DNA of 64,000 nucleotides from Cystobasidiomycetes sp. EMM_F5 (Eukaryota): NCBI GenBank assembly GCA_051047955.1, contig JBPGPT010000008.1, positions 372,001 to 436,000 of the forward strand, read 5' to 3'. Shown piece by piece: positions 63,201 to 64,000 of this stretch (position 1 is its first letter; each line of letters starts with the position of its first letter). The notes under the pieces were generated by a model. It saw only the letters and a program-made list of their open reading frames with translations, ran no database searches and was not told where the DNA came from. The position numbers and the translations under genes were made by a program.

Positions 63201-63717
63201 GAAGATATTCATTCCCATATTGTTGGCAGTGGAAGTGCCATAGACTGGAAGCAGAATGACCCATGTAAGACACTGCGGTTGTTGAAGCATTTCAGCCAGA
63301 TTTTCACTCCCACACAACGAAACTGACTGCAATGGGCAAAAAGATCTTGACCAGTAACTTGAGGAAGCGGACAAAGAGGTAAGCGTCGAGCCCATTAACG
63401 CGAACGATATCCTCATCATCTGCTGTGAGGACTGCTGGCAGAAATCTGAATGGACTGCGGGGCAAGGGTGGCTGCCGCTTCTCTTCGATTGGCAGATCCA
63501 CCCTGGGCTGATATATCCTCGGGAAGCCATTGCGGATGATTAGGAATGCTGCGAGTTCAATACCGGCGATGGCTGCGTTCAGTACGAGTGCACTGAGAAA
63601 GGTCTGTTGGTTTACGAGTGAGTCAGTGCACGTGCCCCTGCATCCAGCCATCCACAACAAGCTCACCTCTGTCGACTTTGACGTTGCTTCCTGTGCGTTT
63701 GTCGTGTCGGTCGACAT
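60282..63717 (-). CDS. OSCA/TMEM63 (CSC1/RSN1, DUF221) channel
   Basis: IYQPR, NGLDAYLFVRFLK, SRTVLLTGIP, SAFILF, PEDVIW, LAQNLPKASIFF, IAYCTIAPL, AFHHPALWKPQ. Confidence 0.93.
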
Positions 63718-64000
63718 GTTGTCCTGCGACCAGTATATGATACTAACGCGCCAGTCTAGAATATCAACAATCTCGATGCCGTCTTTTTGTCTGACCGACG
63801 TCAATGTCGCCGTACAGAGCTTTTGACAGCGGTCCGACCAGATGACGGGGATGGATGTCGAATATGGATGGTGTACCCTCGTCAAGGCCAATATCTCGTG
63901 CTCAGCTTCCGGGCGTACAGTGTTTACGCCGTGTAAACAAGGTCTGGCCTCGCCATGAAAGTCTACGGCAGGAATGCAATAAACTGCGACATGCCAGCGC

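Overview
Gene-dense, intron-rich fungal DNA, most likely a basidiomycete, with short (about 55 nt) GT-AG introns, CTRAY branch sites and a few GC-AG introns. The lineage is inferred from protein style, not proven. I modelled about 36 protein-coding genes. Conserved genes: PITH-domain protein, DASH Spc34-like, LSM8, UDP-glucose dehydrogenase, ERV25, EamA and MFS transporters, pyruvate decarboxylase-family enzyme, SurE phosphatase, PCMT, GH16, BCAS3-like, REX1-B-like, CAP/PR-1, SGNH esterase, Lunapark, PP1/GLC7, cytochrome P450, TFIIE-alpha and OSCA/TMEM63. Two accessory systems stand out. (1) An island at about 32.3-46.4 kb holds eight highly diverged paralogues (nine domain copies) of an ~85-aa Trp-motif domain I do not recognise, each with a disordered Ser/Arg/Pro tail and usually a basic C-terminus; one ends in a CaaX box visible only after splicing. 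(2) A four-copy family of ~150-aa, four-Cys secreted proteins with a predicted Kex2 site, shared duplication boundaries and shared upstream motifs. I saw no rRNA, tRNA, CRISPR or intact transposon. All gene models and family assignments were made by eye, without database searches.
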